From: an uncultured Thermotogae bacterium
GTDB lineage: Bacteria; Bipolaricaulota; Bipolaricaulia; UBA7950; UBA9294
Assembly (NCBI GenBank): GCA_964550615.1
Contig: CAZKAB010000002.1
Coordinates: forward strand, 15,731 to 79,730
Reading direction: 5' to 3'
Length of the DNA: 64,000 nt
Shown: one piece after another, positions 18,791 through 28,265 of the stretch
Numbering within the stretch: the first letter of the stretch is position 1
How the letters are laid out: each line of letters opens with the position of its first letter
The notes under the pieces: generated by a model
What the model was told of the DNA's origin: nothing
Seen by the model: only the letters and a program-made list of their open reading frames with translations
The model's database searches: none
Translations under genes and position numbers: made by a program

Positions 18791-19120
18791 ATGGGCAGCT
18801 TCTGTGACACCGAGAGCCGAGAAAGAAAGGAAGTAGCGCCTGGGGTGTGGATCCGCACATTCTGGAGCGAGCGGATGTTGCTGGCGATTGTGGAAGTACG
18901 GGCGCACGCGGTCATTCCGGCGCACTCCCACCCGGCCGAACAGGCGGGAACGGTGATCTCCGGGATGATCACGCTGACGATCGATGGGGAGACACGTACG
19001 CTGGGAGCGGGAGGCGCATATCTGATTCCGGGAGGCGTAGAACACAGCGCCATCGGGCTTGACATGCCTGCACTTGTCTGCGATGTGTTCAGCCCGGCGC
19101 GCGAAGATTACAGATACTAA
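18791..19120 (+). CDS. Cupin domain protein
   Basis: Cupin motifs (…[14 protein letters not shown]… …PGGVEHSA…). GAGGGAGGA RBS before the ATG at 18791. The ORF-track GTG at 18761 is less likely. Confidence 0.7.
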   Translation: MGSFCDTESRERKEVAPGVWIRTFWSERMLLAIVEVRAHAVIPAHSHPAEQAGTVISGMITLTIDGETRTLGAGGAYLIPGGVEHSAIGLDMPALVCDVFSPAREDYRY

Positions 19121-19412
19121 TTCGAATCTCTTCCTGCGGGGAGGTTCGACTCATGATTTCCCCGTGCGGTGACTCGTTGTCATACTGGCATCGTCGCGGC
19201 GAGTGGTGGAGCGATCCACCGCCGTGCTGATCTTCAACGTTTCTGCGGCGGCGGCATCGCTGGTTGTCATATTTAAGCGACGATGGCTCCTCGAGATTTA
19301 TGTCCCCGTTCTTCTGTAGGGATGTTGTATTTCGTGATCTCGCTTGTGTAGGCATAGTCTGTTCATAGGAAGTCTGGCGGGGGCCGATTGCATCGGGAAA
19401 CTAGGAGGCAGA

Positions 19413-19946
19413 ATGAAGAATAGAACAGCATTGCTTGTGATCGATGTTCAGACAGCGTTCATGGAACCCGATCCGATGGTGACGCTCGACGGGGACGATC
19501 TCATTGCGAAGTGTCGCGGACTGATTGACCGGGCGCGGCGAGCGAGCATACCCGTAATCTACGTACGACATGAAGATGATGAGACGCCCAGCGATCCATT
19601 CAAGATCGGCATTCATCCTGATATTGCCCCACTCGCAGGTGAACCGGTGGTGACAAAGGAATTCGGGAGTGCGTTCATTGAGACCGATCTGGAGGACGTT
19701 CTAAAAGAGAGAGGGATAGAGCATCTAGTTGTCTGTGGGCTCGCCACCTTTGGCTGCGTCAATCAGACGGTAGTCTACGCCAAGCTGTATGGATACGACG
19801 TTACTGTCGTGAAGAACGCGCATGGCGCCCGCGCATTCCCGGGATGGAGTGCCGAACAGCTTATTGACACGTTCAATGCAGCTTGGGCGAAGGGCGGAAT
19901 CAGCCTTGTCAGCGCATCCGATGTTTCTTTCCAAGTTGGAGGATAG
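19413..19946 (+). CDS. Isochorismatase-family cysteine hydrolase
   Basis: Isochorismatase fold motifs (LLVIDVQ, catalytic Cys in VVCGLATFGCV). AGGAGG RBS. Confidence 0.8.
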   Translation: MKNRTALLVIDVQTAFMEPDPMVTLDGDDLIAKCRGLIDRARRASIPVIYVRHEDDETPSDPFKIGIHPDIAPLAGEPVVTKEFGSAFIETDLEDVLKERGIEHLVVCGLATFGCVNQTVVYAKLYGYDVTVVKNAHGARAFPGWSAEQLIDTFNAAWAKGGISLVSASDVSFQVGG

Positions 19947-19988
19947 ACAGAAAAGGGCCGCGGTCTCTGCCAGTGGCTGGATCGAGGT

Positions 19989-20294
19989 CTAGTCTGCTAC
20001 TCGTTCAATGACTATGGTGCACTCGGTGACTAACGCAGCAATGGCCCCGATCGCGGCCAATGTAGGAAGAAGCGCGACGCCGACTACGCCCAATGTAAGA
20101 GGAACCTCGATCAGCGTCTTGCCTTCCTTGTTCTTGATCGTAATGCGGCGGATGTTGCCTTGCCGTACCAATTCCTTTACTGTCGCTATGAGTTTCTCGC
20201 CGCTGATGGCGAACTCTTCCCTGTGGATATTCTCTTCTTCCATCATCTTGCTCCTCTCCTCTTCTTTCGAGGCAATGATACCTGTTTCGTACAT
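19989..20294 (-). CDS. DUF4342 family small protein
   Basis: Pattern …GNIRRITIKNKEGKTLIEVPLTLGVVGVALLPTLAAIGAIAALVTECTIVIER… typical of DUF4342. Confidence 0.6.
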   Translation of the reverse strand: MYETGIIASKEEERSKMMEEENIHREEFAISGEKLIATVKELVRQGNIRRITIKNKEGKTLIEVPLTLGVVGVALLPTLAAIGAIAALVTECTIVIERVAD

Positions 20295-20470
20295 GAAGCG
20301 CCTGCCCTCGCCGTTTAATCCTTACCACTCCGTTGCGTACGGGACAAATGTCACGCTATGGGGGCAACAGATTTTTCACTTTGGAGCAAGAGGGTGTATT
20401 GTTCGGTAGTACATGGCCTGCTTCGGTCAGCAATCGTGTTGACGGGCAGAGGCCGGAAAAAGGAGAACGC

Positions 20471-20659
20471 ATGGCGTTTCAGGAGCGAGAAATGGTTGAC
20501 GTGCGGCATCTTGATCTGCATTGCGCGGATTGTGGAAAAGCGATAGAAGAGCTCCCATTTGAACCGACATCTGATCGACCGGTGTACTGCAAGGACTGCA
20601 ATCGGAAGCGGCGCCCGCCACGGCGTGACGATCGAAAAGGTGGGAGTAGACGGCGGTAA
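20471..20659 (+). CDS. Small zinc-ribbon protein (CxxC-x17-CxxC), Arg-rich C-terminus
   Basis: CADCGK…CKDCNRKRRPPRRDDRKGGSRRR. AAGGAG RBS before the ATG at 20471. The ORF-track start at 20333 is rejected. A hairpin terminator follows. Confidence 0.55.
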   Translation: MAFQEREMVDVRHLDLHCADCGKAIEELPFEPTSDRPVYCKDCNRKRRPPRRDDRKGGSRRR

Positions 20660-20687
20660 AGACTATCCGCTGATAATAGACGATAAG

Positions 20688-20717
20688 CAGGCCGATCTCG
20701 TTGGCCTGCTTGTCATT
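20688..20717 (+). terminator. Hairpin GCAGGCC-GATCTCGTT-GGCCTGC followed by TTGTCATTG (terminator for the zinc-ribbon gene)
   Basis: 7-bp GC-rich stem and a T-rich tail, read directly from the sequence. Confidence 0.45.
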
Positions 20718-20934
20718 GCGCCGGGGTTGCTCGCAAACGGCGTATGATGGCGGGTTTCGTTCCTGTCAAACGCTCTCGTGATCTGCCCTCGAGATTCATA
20801 CCGGTGTTGCAGGCTCCTTGAGGGAGCATGCGCCGCCGATTATAAAGAAGGTACAGGGCTACGCGTTTCGTGGGGCTAATCTGACGGACATTCGAGTCTT
20901 GCCGACGGCAATCGTTGGCGCAAATGGGGTGAAC

Positions 20935-22030
20935 ATGGACGAAGAAGTACTGCTGGAGATGCGCAAGATGCTTGCTCGGATCGGTGATCACCTTTGACCG
21001 GACGGCGATGGAGAGTGAAATCGCCGAGCTAGAACAGCAGATGGCATCTCCCGGATTCTGGGAAGATCGGCAGCGCTCGGCAGATGTGAGCCGTCGCCTA
21101 GAGCGAAGCAAATCGCTGCTTGACCGGCATGATGAGATGAGTGAGGAGATGGAGGAGATTGATATCCTCCATCAGATGGCGCTGGATGCCGGCGACGAAC
21201 GCGAGATGGCTCGGCTTTCTTCTCGCGCCTCCGCACTGGAGAAGGCCTTGCGGGCGTTCCGGATAGAGCTCGCGTTCTCCGGCGCGTACGATCTTTCCGA
21301 TTGCTACCTATCGATCAATGCCGGCGCGGGAGGCACGGATTCCCAGGATTGGGCGCAGATGCTTCTTCGCATGTACGGGCGCTATTGCGAGCAAGTGGGG
21401 TTCAAGGCCAACCTCCTCGAAGTGAGCGAGGGAGACGAGGCCGGCATCAGGAGTGCAACAATGGAGATCAGCGGTCGTTACGTTTATGGGACCCTCAAGG
21501 GAGAGAAGGGCGTCCACCGGCTTGTCCGCATCTCGCCATTCGATTCCGCTCACAGGCGACATACTTCTTTTGCTGCGGTCTCGGTGATTCCAGTCACGGA
21601 GGAACAGGAGCTTGAAATCGATCCAAAGGATCTGCGCATCGATACCTACCGGTCGACCGGTGCCGGAGGGCAGCATGTAAACGTCACTGATTCCGCGGTG
21701 CGGATAACGCATCTCCCCACGAAGATCGTCGTTTCCTGTCAGAATGAACGCAGTCAGCGGCAAAACAAGGAGTCGGCCATGCGGGTTCTGCGAGCGCGAC
21801 TGGGAGAGCTGTTGCGGCAACAGGAGGCGAAGAAGCTCGAAGAGCTGCAAGGGACTCTCAAGGATATCGAGTGGGGAAGCCAGATCCGTTCATACGTTCT
21901 GCACCCATATCAAATGGTGAAAGACCATCGCACCGGCTATGAAACCGGAAACATCGACGCCGTACTCGATGGTGACATCTCTGCGTTTATCGAGGCGTAC
22001 ATAGAGGAGAACGCGGGCAAAGACGAGTGA
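20935..22030 (+). CDS. prfB: Peptide chain release factor 2 with programmed +1 ribosomal frameshift (join 20935..20994, 20996..22030)
   Basis: A short ORF from ATG 20935 (MDEEVLLEMRKMLARIGDHL) ends at the in-frame UGA within CTT TGA C. The +1 frame continues as DRTAMESEIAELEQQMASPGFW… and the full RF2 sequence. The internal SD-like GGTGAT sits 3 nt upstream of CUU, as in E. coli prfB. Confidence 0.9.
20983..20998 (+). other. prfB: prfB +1 frameshift site: SD-like GGTGAT, CAC, CTT TGA C
   Basis: Canonical CUU-UGA-C autoregulatory frameshift motif, read directly from the sequence. Confidence 0.85.
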
Positions 22031-22067
22031 GCGATGCTGGGGTGCCATACTGAGCAAGGAGGCGGCG

Positions 22068-23060
22068 ATGGATAGTCTGAGAGTGATCCAGTACGGATTG
22101 GGGCCGATCGGCTGTGCTGTGGCGCGGCATGTCATTTCGCGTCAGGGGTTGGAGCTTGTCGCGGGTGTGGACATCGATCAGGAAAAGACCGGAAAAGACG
22201 TGGGAGACGTGATCGGACTCGATCACCAGCTGGGATTTCCGGTTGCGGCAACGTTGGCTGAAAGCGGCTGTCAGGTACGGGCCGATATTGCCCTTCATAC
22301 GACCAATTCCTACTTCCCCTTGTTTGGCGATCAGATTGTCGAATTGCTGGAGGCCGGATTGGACGTGGTTTCAACGTCAGAAGAGCTCTCGTTCCCGTGG
22401 ATTGCTCACCCGGATGATGCAAAGCGGATCGACGCTGCGGCCAAGGCGGCGGGGAAGACCGTACTTGGAACTGGCGTCAATCCCGGTTATCTCATGGACT
22501 CACTGCCACTCAGCCTAACCGCCATCTGCCAGCGTGTCGATCGCATCAAGGTGACGCGGCACATGAACGCGTCTATTCGTCGTGGCCCGTTTCAGGTAAA
22601 GATCGGCGCCGGCATGACGGTTGAGGCATTCAACCAGCGCATGGAGGCCGGGCGGATGGGGCATGTCGGTCTCCCGGAGTCGATGGGCATGATCTTTGAT
22701 ACATTGGGAAGACGGCTCGACCGCTATGAGTCGAGCGTTGAGCCGCTGATGGCTGACAGGGAGATCAGCACAGAACACGTAACGGTGAAACCTGGCGAGG
22801 TCAGGGGACTGAAGCAGGTTGCCCATGGTTATGCGGACGGGGTCGAGTTCGTCACACTCGTCTTCATAGCTGGTTTGGAAGAGGAGACCAACGAGGATAC
22901 GATCGAGATCGAAGGCGTTCCCGATCTGAAGGTAACTATGGTGGGAACGCATGGCGACTTGGCAACTGTTGCCATCGCTGTGAACGCCATCCGGCGCGTG
23001 CGTCAAGCGCCCGCGGGTCTGGTGACAATGCGTGATTTACCTATTATAACACGATTTTAG
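22068..23060 (+). CDS. NAD(P)-dependent oxidoreductase, DapB-like / 2,4-diaminopentanoate-dehydrogenase-like amine dehydrogenase family
   Basis: N-terminal Rossmann motif (VIQYGLGPIGCAV) and a DapB-like C-terminal domain (GTGVNPGYLMD…). Confidence 0.6.
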   Translation: MDSLRVIQYGLGPIGCAVARHVISRQGLELVAGVDIDQEKTGKDVGDVIGLDHQLGFPVAATLAESGCQVRADIALHTTNSYFPLFGDQIVELLEAGLDVVSTSEELSFPWIAHPDDAKRIDAAAKAAGKTVLGTGVNPGYLMDSLPLSLTAICQRVDRIKVTRHMNASIRRGPFQVKIGAGMTVEAFNQRMEAGRMGHVGLPESMGMIFDTLGRRLDRYESSVEPLMADREISTEHVTVKPGEVRGLKQVAHGYADGVEFVTLVFIAGLEEETNEDTIEIEGVPDLKVTMVGTHGDLATVAIAVNAIRRVRQAPAGLVTMRDLPIITRF

Positions 23061-23075
23061 CTGACAGTAGCGGAG

Positions 23076-24422
23076 GTGTCCCATATGAACGGGAATGATA
23101 CTCTGCGGCAAGGGATGGAACGTCTGCGATTTGCTGAGCCGGCGGGAGCGCCGCTTGCCGAACGGATGCGTCCCACAACGCTCGACGATGTCGTGGGACA
23201 GAATGCGATTCTCGGCGTAGGCGCTCCGCTGCGCAAGCTGATCGAGCGTGCGGAATACAGATCGTTTCTGTTCTGGGGGCCGCCTGGGAGTGGAAAGACG
23301 ACGGTAGGCCGCATTATCGCTCACCGTTCGCACGCTGCGTTTGTGCATCTCTCAGCGGCGCTGTCCGGAGTGAAAGAGATCAAGGCCGTTCTCGAACGGT
23401 CACGTGAAGGTAACGAACTCACAGGGACGCGAGATCTCTTGTTCCTGGACGAGATCCATAGGTTCACCCGCTCTCAGCAGGATATACTCCTATCTTACTT
23501 GGAGGAAGGGAGCATCATCTTCATCGGGGCAACGACGGAAAACCCCTCATTTGCGCTCAATGCCGCACTTCTGTCACGCTGTCAGCTCTTCTGCTTCTCC
23601 TCACTGGCGCCTGATGATATTCGGAAACTCTTGCGGCGTGCCGCAAGCGATGAGCGCGGACTTGATGGGCGCTATGAGATCACCCCCGAAGCGGAGCAGG
23701 CGATCATCGCCCTTTCCGACGGTGACGTGCGACGCGCTCTAACGACGCTTGAGCTTGTGGGATCGATCGCTACGGAGAACAAGATTGATCTGTCACTTGT
23801 AGAACGCGCGGTGCAGCGGAAGGGACTTAATTACGATCGCAGCGGGGATGAGCACTACAATATGATTTCCGCGCTGCATAAGTCGGTGCGCAACTCCGAT
23901 CCGGACGCGTCCTTGTATTGGCTGGCGCGGATGATCGAGGGAGGAGAAGATCCACGTTTCATCGCGCGACGCCTGATCCGGATTGCCAGTGAGGACGTCG
24001 GTCTTGCCGATCCGAATGCATTGCAGATAGCGTTGGGCGCGCGCGCTGCGGTGGATGCAATTGGTTTGCCGGAATGCGACCTTGCGCTCGCACAAGCTGC
24101 GGTCTACCTTGCGTGTGCGCCGAAAAGCAACGCGCTATACGTGGGATTCGGCGTGGCGCGCGACGATGTGCGCAACCGCCCTACCGAATCAGTTCCTCTT
24201 CATCTGCGCAATGCGCCCACTCAGCTTATGAAGGATCTCTCGTACGGGGATGGCTACCAATATGCGCACGACTATGAAGGCGGGGTGACGGCGATGGAGT
24301 GCCTTCCCCCTTCGCTTGCAGGGAAACGATACTACCGCCCGACAGAACGCGGGAATGAGAAAAAGGTGAAAGAACGGCTAGAGAGGCTGAACAATCAACG
24401 GAAACGAGACAAGACAACATGA
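23076..24422 (+). CDS. rarA: Replication-associated recombination protein A (AAA+ ATPase RarA/MgsA)
   Basis: Walker A GPPGSGKTT, Walker B LFLDEIHRF, sensor and C-terminal MgsA domains. Confidence 0.9.
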   Translation: MSHMNGNDTLRQGMERLRFAEPAGAPLAERMRPTTLDDVVGQNAILGVGAPLRKLIERAEYRSFLFWGPPGSGKTTVGRIIAHRSHAAFVHLSAALSGVKEIKAVLERSREGNELTGTRDLLFLDEIHRFTRSQQDILLSYLEEGSIIFIGATTENPSFALNAALLSRCQLFCFSSLAPDDIRKLLRRAASDERGLDGRYEITPEAEQAIIALSDGDVRRALTTLELVGSIATENKIDLSLVERAVQRKGLNYDRSGDEHYNMISALHKSVRNSDPDASLYWLARMIEGGEDPRFIARRLIRIASEDVGLADPNALQIALGARAAVDAIGLPECDLALAQAAVYLACAPKSNALYVGFGVARDDVRNRPTESVPLHLRNAPTQLMKDLSYGDGYQYAHDYEGGVTAMECLPPSLAGKRYYRPTERGNEKKVKERLERLNNQRKRDKTT

Positions 24423-24468
24423 GTACGCCTTACTGCCGGCCTCCAGGCGTAACGGACACTATGTTGTT

Positions 24469-24639
24469 TTACTTTGCTGCTTTCTCTTCGCGATCGAGGT
24501 ACTGCACGATCGCTTCCACGACGAGGTAATTGATGGAGCGCTCCTTGTTCTTCGACAATTTCATCAGTCTCTCCACGGGGCGTTTCTCCATTTTGTTCTT
24601 GGGAATATAGATGGATAGGGTATTCACTCTGCTAACCAT
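24469..24639 (-). CDS. Ribbon-helix-helix (CopG/Arc/MetJ-like) small DNA-binding protein, 56 aa
   Basis: Not in the ORF track because it is under 60 aa. Translation MVSRVNTLSIYIPKNKMEKRPVERLMKLSKNKERSINYLVVEAIVQYLDREEKAAK has a beta-strand then two helices, matching the RHH pattern. GGAGGTGA RBS 9 nt upstream of the ATG. Confidence 0.5.
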   Translation of the reverse strand: MVSRVNTLSIYIPKNKMEKRPVERLMKLSKNKERSINYLVVEAIVQYLDREEKAAK

Positions 24640-24722
24640 ATTAGCCTAATCACCTCCTTCCAGATCGATTAAGTATACTGAAATAGGTAGCGAGAGACAA
24701 GAGGGTATTTGTAAAGAAAACT

Positions 24723-25016
24723 ATGCAACAGAAACCGGAAAAAGCGATCGCTTGTGCATATATAGTTGTTTCTGGGCACGTGCAGGGGGTACTCTACCGC
24801 GCGTCGATGCGTAACAAGGCGGACGCGTTGGGTTTGGCAGGGTGGGTGAAAAATACGCCTGATGGGCGGGTTGAGGCAGTTCTACAAGGGTATCCAAACG
24901 CTGTTCGCGCGCTCATCGAATGGGCACGCAGCGGCCCTCCACGGGCAGAGGTGCAAGATGTGGTTGTCTCCTGGAAGGAACCGGAACAAGAAGGACGCGA
25001 ATTCCGTATCCTCTGA
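24723..25016 (+). CDS. acyP: Acylphosphatase
   Basis: VSGHVQGVLYRAS… and GWVKNTPDGRVE acylphosphatase signatures. Confidence 0.85.
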   Translation: MQQKPEKAIACAYIVVSGHVQGVLYRASMRNKADALGLAGWVKNTPDGRVEAVLQGYPNAVRALIEWARSGPPRAEVQDVVVSWKEPEQEGREFRIL

Positions 25017-25021
25017 AGCGG

Positions 25022-26659
25022 CTACTCCTTCTTGTACTTGTAGCGCTTGATGTCCAGCTTGACGCTCTTTTCGAATGGTTCGTCGACTAGTTTGATCAGA
25101 TCCTTGTACTTGATGCGCTTGAACATCGCCAGGTTCTCATTTCGTTCCTTGATCTTCTCCCACAAGTAGTCGACCGCCTGTTCGGGTGTCTTGATGCCTT
25201 TCTCTTTGAGCGCAGTCCAGTTCGGATAGATCTCCGCCGCTACCGCGGGGGCTCCCTGTCGTTCTTCCTCGTAGACCATTATCTCCTCAATCCCGCGAAT
25301 CGTGGAAAGCTCCCATTCCACCTCTTCTGGATACACGTTCTTACCCGTCTCGAGGACGATTACGTTCTTTGCCCGGCCCGAAAGGATAAGGCGGTTCTCT
25401 TCCATTCTTCCGAGATCTCCGGTGTGGAACCATCCATCTTTGTCAAGCACTTCCGCCGTTGCCTGTTTATTCTTGTAGTAACCGGCCATGATGTTGGGAC
25501 CACGGGCGACAACCTCGCCGATCCCGGACGTATCGGGATTGTCGATCCGCAATTCTACGTCTTCGATTGCGGTCATCCCCGGCTCCATGGAGAAGAAATC
25601 GCACATTGTCAACACGGGAGCGGTCTCGGTGAGGCCGTATCCTTCAAGGACTCCGATCCCCATTCTGCGGAATCCGTTCGCTACGTCACGACTGAATGGC
25701 GCTCCTCCCGAAGTGAAGAAACGAAAGTCCTTGCCGAACAGCTTGCGTCGCACCAGTTTGCCCATCAATGTGGGCGACATGTTGTAGATCATGCGTTTCA
25801 GGATGCTCTTCTCGATCGATTCCATTACCTTCCCATACAGGACGTTGTATAGCTTGGGCACGCCGAGGAGGATTGTCGGATTGGCCGTGCTCATTACCAA
25901 GGGAAGGTTGCGGTCGACCGGAGCATAGGTTGTGGAGGCTCCGGCGATAATCGGCGTGATCAGCGTAATAGTGAGGCCGTAAATATGATACCACGGCACT
26001 ATTGTCAGGAAGTTGTCTCGTTCCGAGAGATCGACGATCTTGAGCGCCGTTAGGGCATTGGATGTAATGTTGCGGTGGAGGAGCATGGCGCCTTTTGCGT
26101 TCCCGGTCGTCCCCGACGTGTACATCAGAATTGCCATGTCATCCGGACTGACATCGACATCAGGCATAACCTTCCTTCCCACAAGCAGAGCGTCGAGAAA
26201 ATGAACGTCCTCTTCCTCCGGGCGATCCATGGAAATGACTATGAGGTTGGGCATTTTCCCGCTCTTGATCTGCTGAAGGTCCGGAACCTTCATTCCGGAT
26301 ACCACCACTGCTTTTGCCTCAGCCTCTACGAGGATTCGCTCGATCTCCCCGACTTGCAGATCAGGATCGAGCGGGATGACGGCCGCTCCGCATCGGAGGA
26401 TGGCAAATATGGAGGTAGCCCACGCGGCGCGAGGTTTTGATATGAGAGCGACGCGGTCGCCCTTTTCGATCCCGAACTCAGCGAGTGCATCGGCGAATCG
26501 CCCCACCATCTCTCCCAGACGGGCATACGAGATGTCATTTAGGACCAGGCGGATTCCGCGGCCCTTCTTCCTCTCCGTTGGGATCAGCATACGCAACGCG
26601 ATGTTCTCGGCATGCGCCGCGACGGCCTTATTGAACAGCTCATTGATCGTCGGATACAT
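25022..26659 (-). CDS. Long-chain-fatty-acid--CoA ligase (AMP-binding enzyme)
   Basis: AMP-binding motif YTSGTTGNAKG and full ANL-superfamily architecture. Confidence 0.85.
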   Translation of the reverse strand: MYPTINELFNKAVAAHAENIALRMLIPTERKKGRGIRLVLNDISYARLGEMVGRFADALAEFGIEKGDRVALISKPRAAWATSIFAILRCGAAVIPLDPDLQVGEIERILVEAEAKAVVVSGMKVPDLQQIKSGKMPNLIVISMDRPEEEDVHFLDALLVGRKVMPDVDVSPDDMAILMYTSGTTGNAKGAMLLHRNITSNALTALKIVDLSERDNFLTIVPWYHIYGLTITLITPIIAGASTTYAPVDRNLPLVMSTANPTILLGVPKLYNVLYGKVMESIEKSILKRMIYNMSPTLMGKLVRRKLFGKDFRFFTSGGAPFSRDVANGFRRMGIGVLEGYGLTETAPVLTMCDFFSMEPGMTAIEDVELRIDNPDTSGIGEVVARGPNIMAGYYKNKQATAEVLDKDGWFHTGDLGRMEENRLILSGRAKNVIVLETGKNVYPEEVEWELSTIRGIEEIMVYEEERQGAPAVAAEIYPNWTALKEKGIKTPEQAVDYLWEKIKERNENLAMFKRIKYKDLIKLVDEPFEKSVKLDIKRYKYKKE

Positions 26660-28250
26660 CGTTACCTCCCTTGTAGAGATGGCGCTTGATGTCCATCGTG
26701 CTTGTCTTTGGGAACGGTTGATCGGTGATGATCACATCTTCCCTGCGGCGGATGCGCTTGTGCGGGGCGAGTCGCCCCTGGCGGACCTTGATTGCCTCCC
26801 AAATCAAGCGAGAGACGTCGGCAGCGCGCCCGCTTTCTTCCAACGCCTCTGCATTGGGATAGATAACTGCCTGCACTACCTCTTGTCCGTTCAGTTTTCC
26901 CCCGCGAACGAGGACTTCTTCGACGTACGGGATGCGAGAAAGCTCCCACTCCACCTCTTCCGGATACACGTTCTTCCCGCTTTCCAAGACGATAACATGC
27001 TTGGCGCGCCCCTTCAGATGAATGTCTCCATCTTCGTCAATCATCGCCAAATCGCCCGTATGGAACCAGCCTTCTTTGTCGATTACCGCGGCGGTGGCAC
27101 CTCCATTGGCATAGTATCCGCGCATAACAATCGGCCCTTGCACGAGCAGTTCGCCGACACCGTCGGGGCGGACATCGATCAGCTTCACCCGAGCGCCGGT
27201 GATGGGGGCTCCGACTGAGCCTCCTTTGCGCGAGAACGGATTGCAGAAGCAGACCACGGGAGAGGTCTCAGTAAGCCCATATCCCTCAAGGAGGCCGATA
27301 CCCAATCTGCGGAACCCGAGAGCTACGCCGGGGTCGAGCGGTGCTGAACCCGATACCAAGAACCGAAGCTGTCCGTCGGTGAGCGTCTGCTTTATCTTCG
27401 CTCCAACGACGCGTGGCGCAACCGCCAGCATGACTCGCCCAATGAGTCTTGTGCTTATCTGCGCAATCAACTTTTCGTACATTGCGTGGTACAGTTTGGG
27501 CACACCGGTGAAGATGGTGACGCGATGCTCCTTCATCAACTGTGCTATCGAACGGTAGTCGTCCGTGTACATGGTGAGTGCGCCGGTGTATATGGGAAGA
27601 AGCAAGGCTGTGGTCAGCCCGAGGATGTGATGCCAGGGGGCGATCGTCAAGAATGTGTCCTGCTCCGTGATCGGCATTGCGTTTATGCAGCCTTCGATAT
27701 CGGCGGAGATGTTTCCGTGGGTAAGAAGAACGCCTTTTGCTCCTCCCGTAGTCCCTGATGTGTAGGCGAGAATAGCAGTGTCGTCTTGAGTGATTTCCAC
27801 ATTGGGCAGCCCCCCGTCAAGAAGAAGGGAGGAGAAGGATATCTCATTGACATCGTCGTCAAACGAGATTCGCGCAACCCCTTCTGCGGACAGCCTGTCA
27901 AACAACCGTGTGGGGGCGAAGACTGCGCGCGCGCCTGATCGCTTGAGGATGTCAGCAGTTTCAGTAGCGGTAAGCGTGGGATCGATTGGTACCACCCACG
28001 CACCGAGCCGAACGATTGCCAGGAGAGCGGCCGCGAACCGGATGCGGGGACGAGCCATGATCGCGACCCGATCTCCTTTGCTGATTCCCATGCCAGCGAG
28101 GCCGACAGCGAGGCGCGTGGACAAACGGTCGAGTTCGCGGAACGTCACCTCGTCCGGTTCCTGCGGTTTCGCACGTGTATTGCGGATAGCCGGCCGATCG
28201 GGAAACTGCTTCAACGTGCGAGAAACAAACTGCGGGATGGTGAGAAGCAA
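26640..28250 (-). CDS. Long-chain-fatty-acid--CoA ligase (AMP-binding enzyme), tandem paralogue
   Basis: YTSGTTGGAKG motif. Collinear with the downstream paralogue and overlaps it by 20 nt. Confidence 0.85.
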   Translation of the reverse strand: MLLTIPQFVSRTLKQFPDRPAIRNTRAKPQEPDEVTFRELDRLSTRLAVGLAGMGISKGDRVAIMARPRIRFAAALLAIVRLGAWVVPIDPTLTATETADILKRSGARAVFAPTRLFDRLSAEGVARISFDDDVNEISFSSLLLDGGLPNVEITQDDTAILAYTSGTTGGAKGVLLTHGNISADIEGCINAMPITEQDTFLTIAPWHHILGLTTALLLPIYTGALTMYTDDYRSIAQLMKEHRVTIFTGVPKLYHAMYEKLIAQISTRLIGRVMLAVAPRVVGAKIKQTLTDGQLRFLVSGSAPLDPGVALGFRRLGIGLLEGYGLTETSPVVCFCNPFSRKGGSVGAPITGARVKLIDVRPDGVGELLVQGPIVMRGYYANGGATAAVIDKEGWFHTGDLAMIDEDGDIHLKGRAKHVIVLESGKNVYPEEVEWELSRIPYVEEVLVRGGKLNGQEVVQAVIYPNAEALEESGRAADVSRLIWEAIKVRQGRLAPHKRIRRREDVIITDQPFPKTSTMDIKRHLYKGGNDVSDDQ

Positions 28251-28265
28251 GTGAGATTACCTCCG

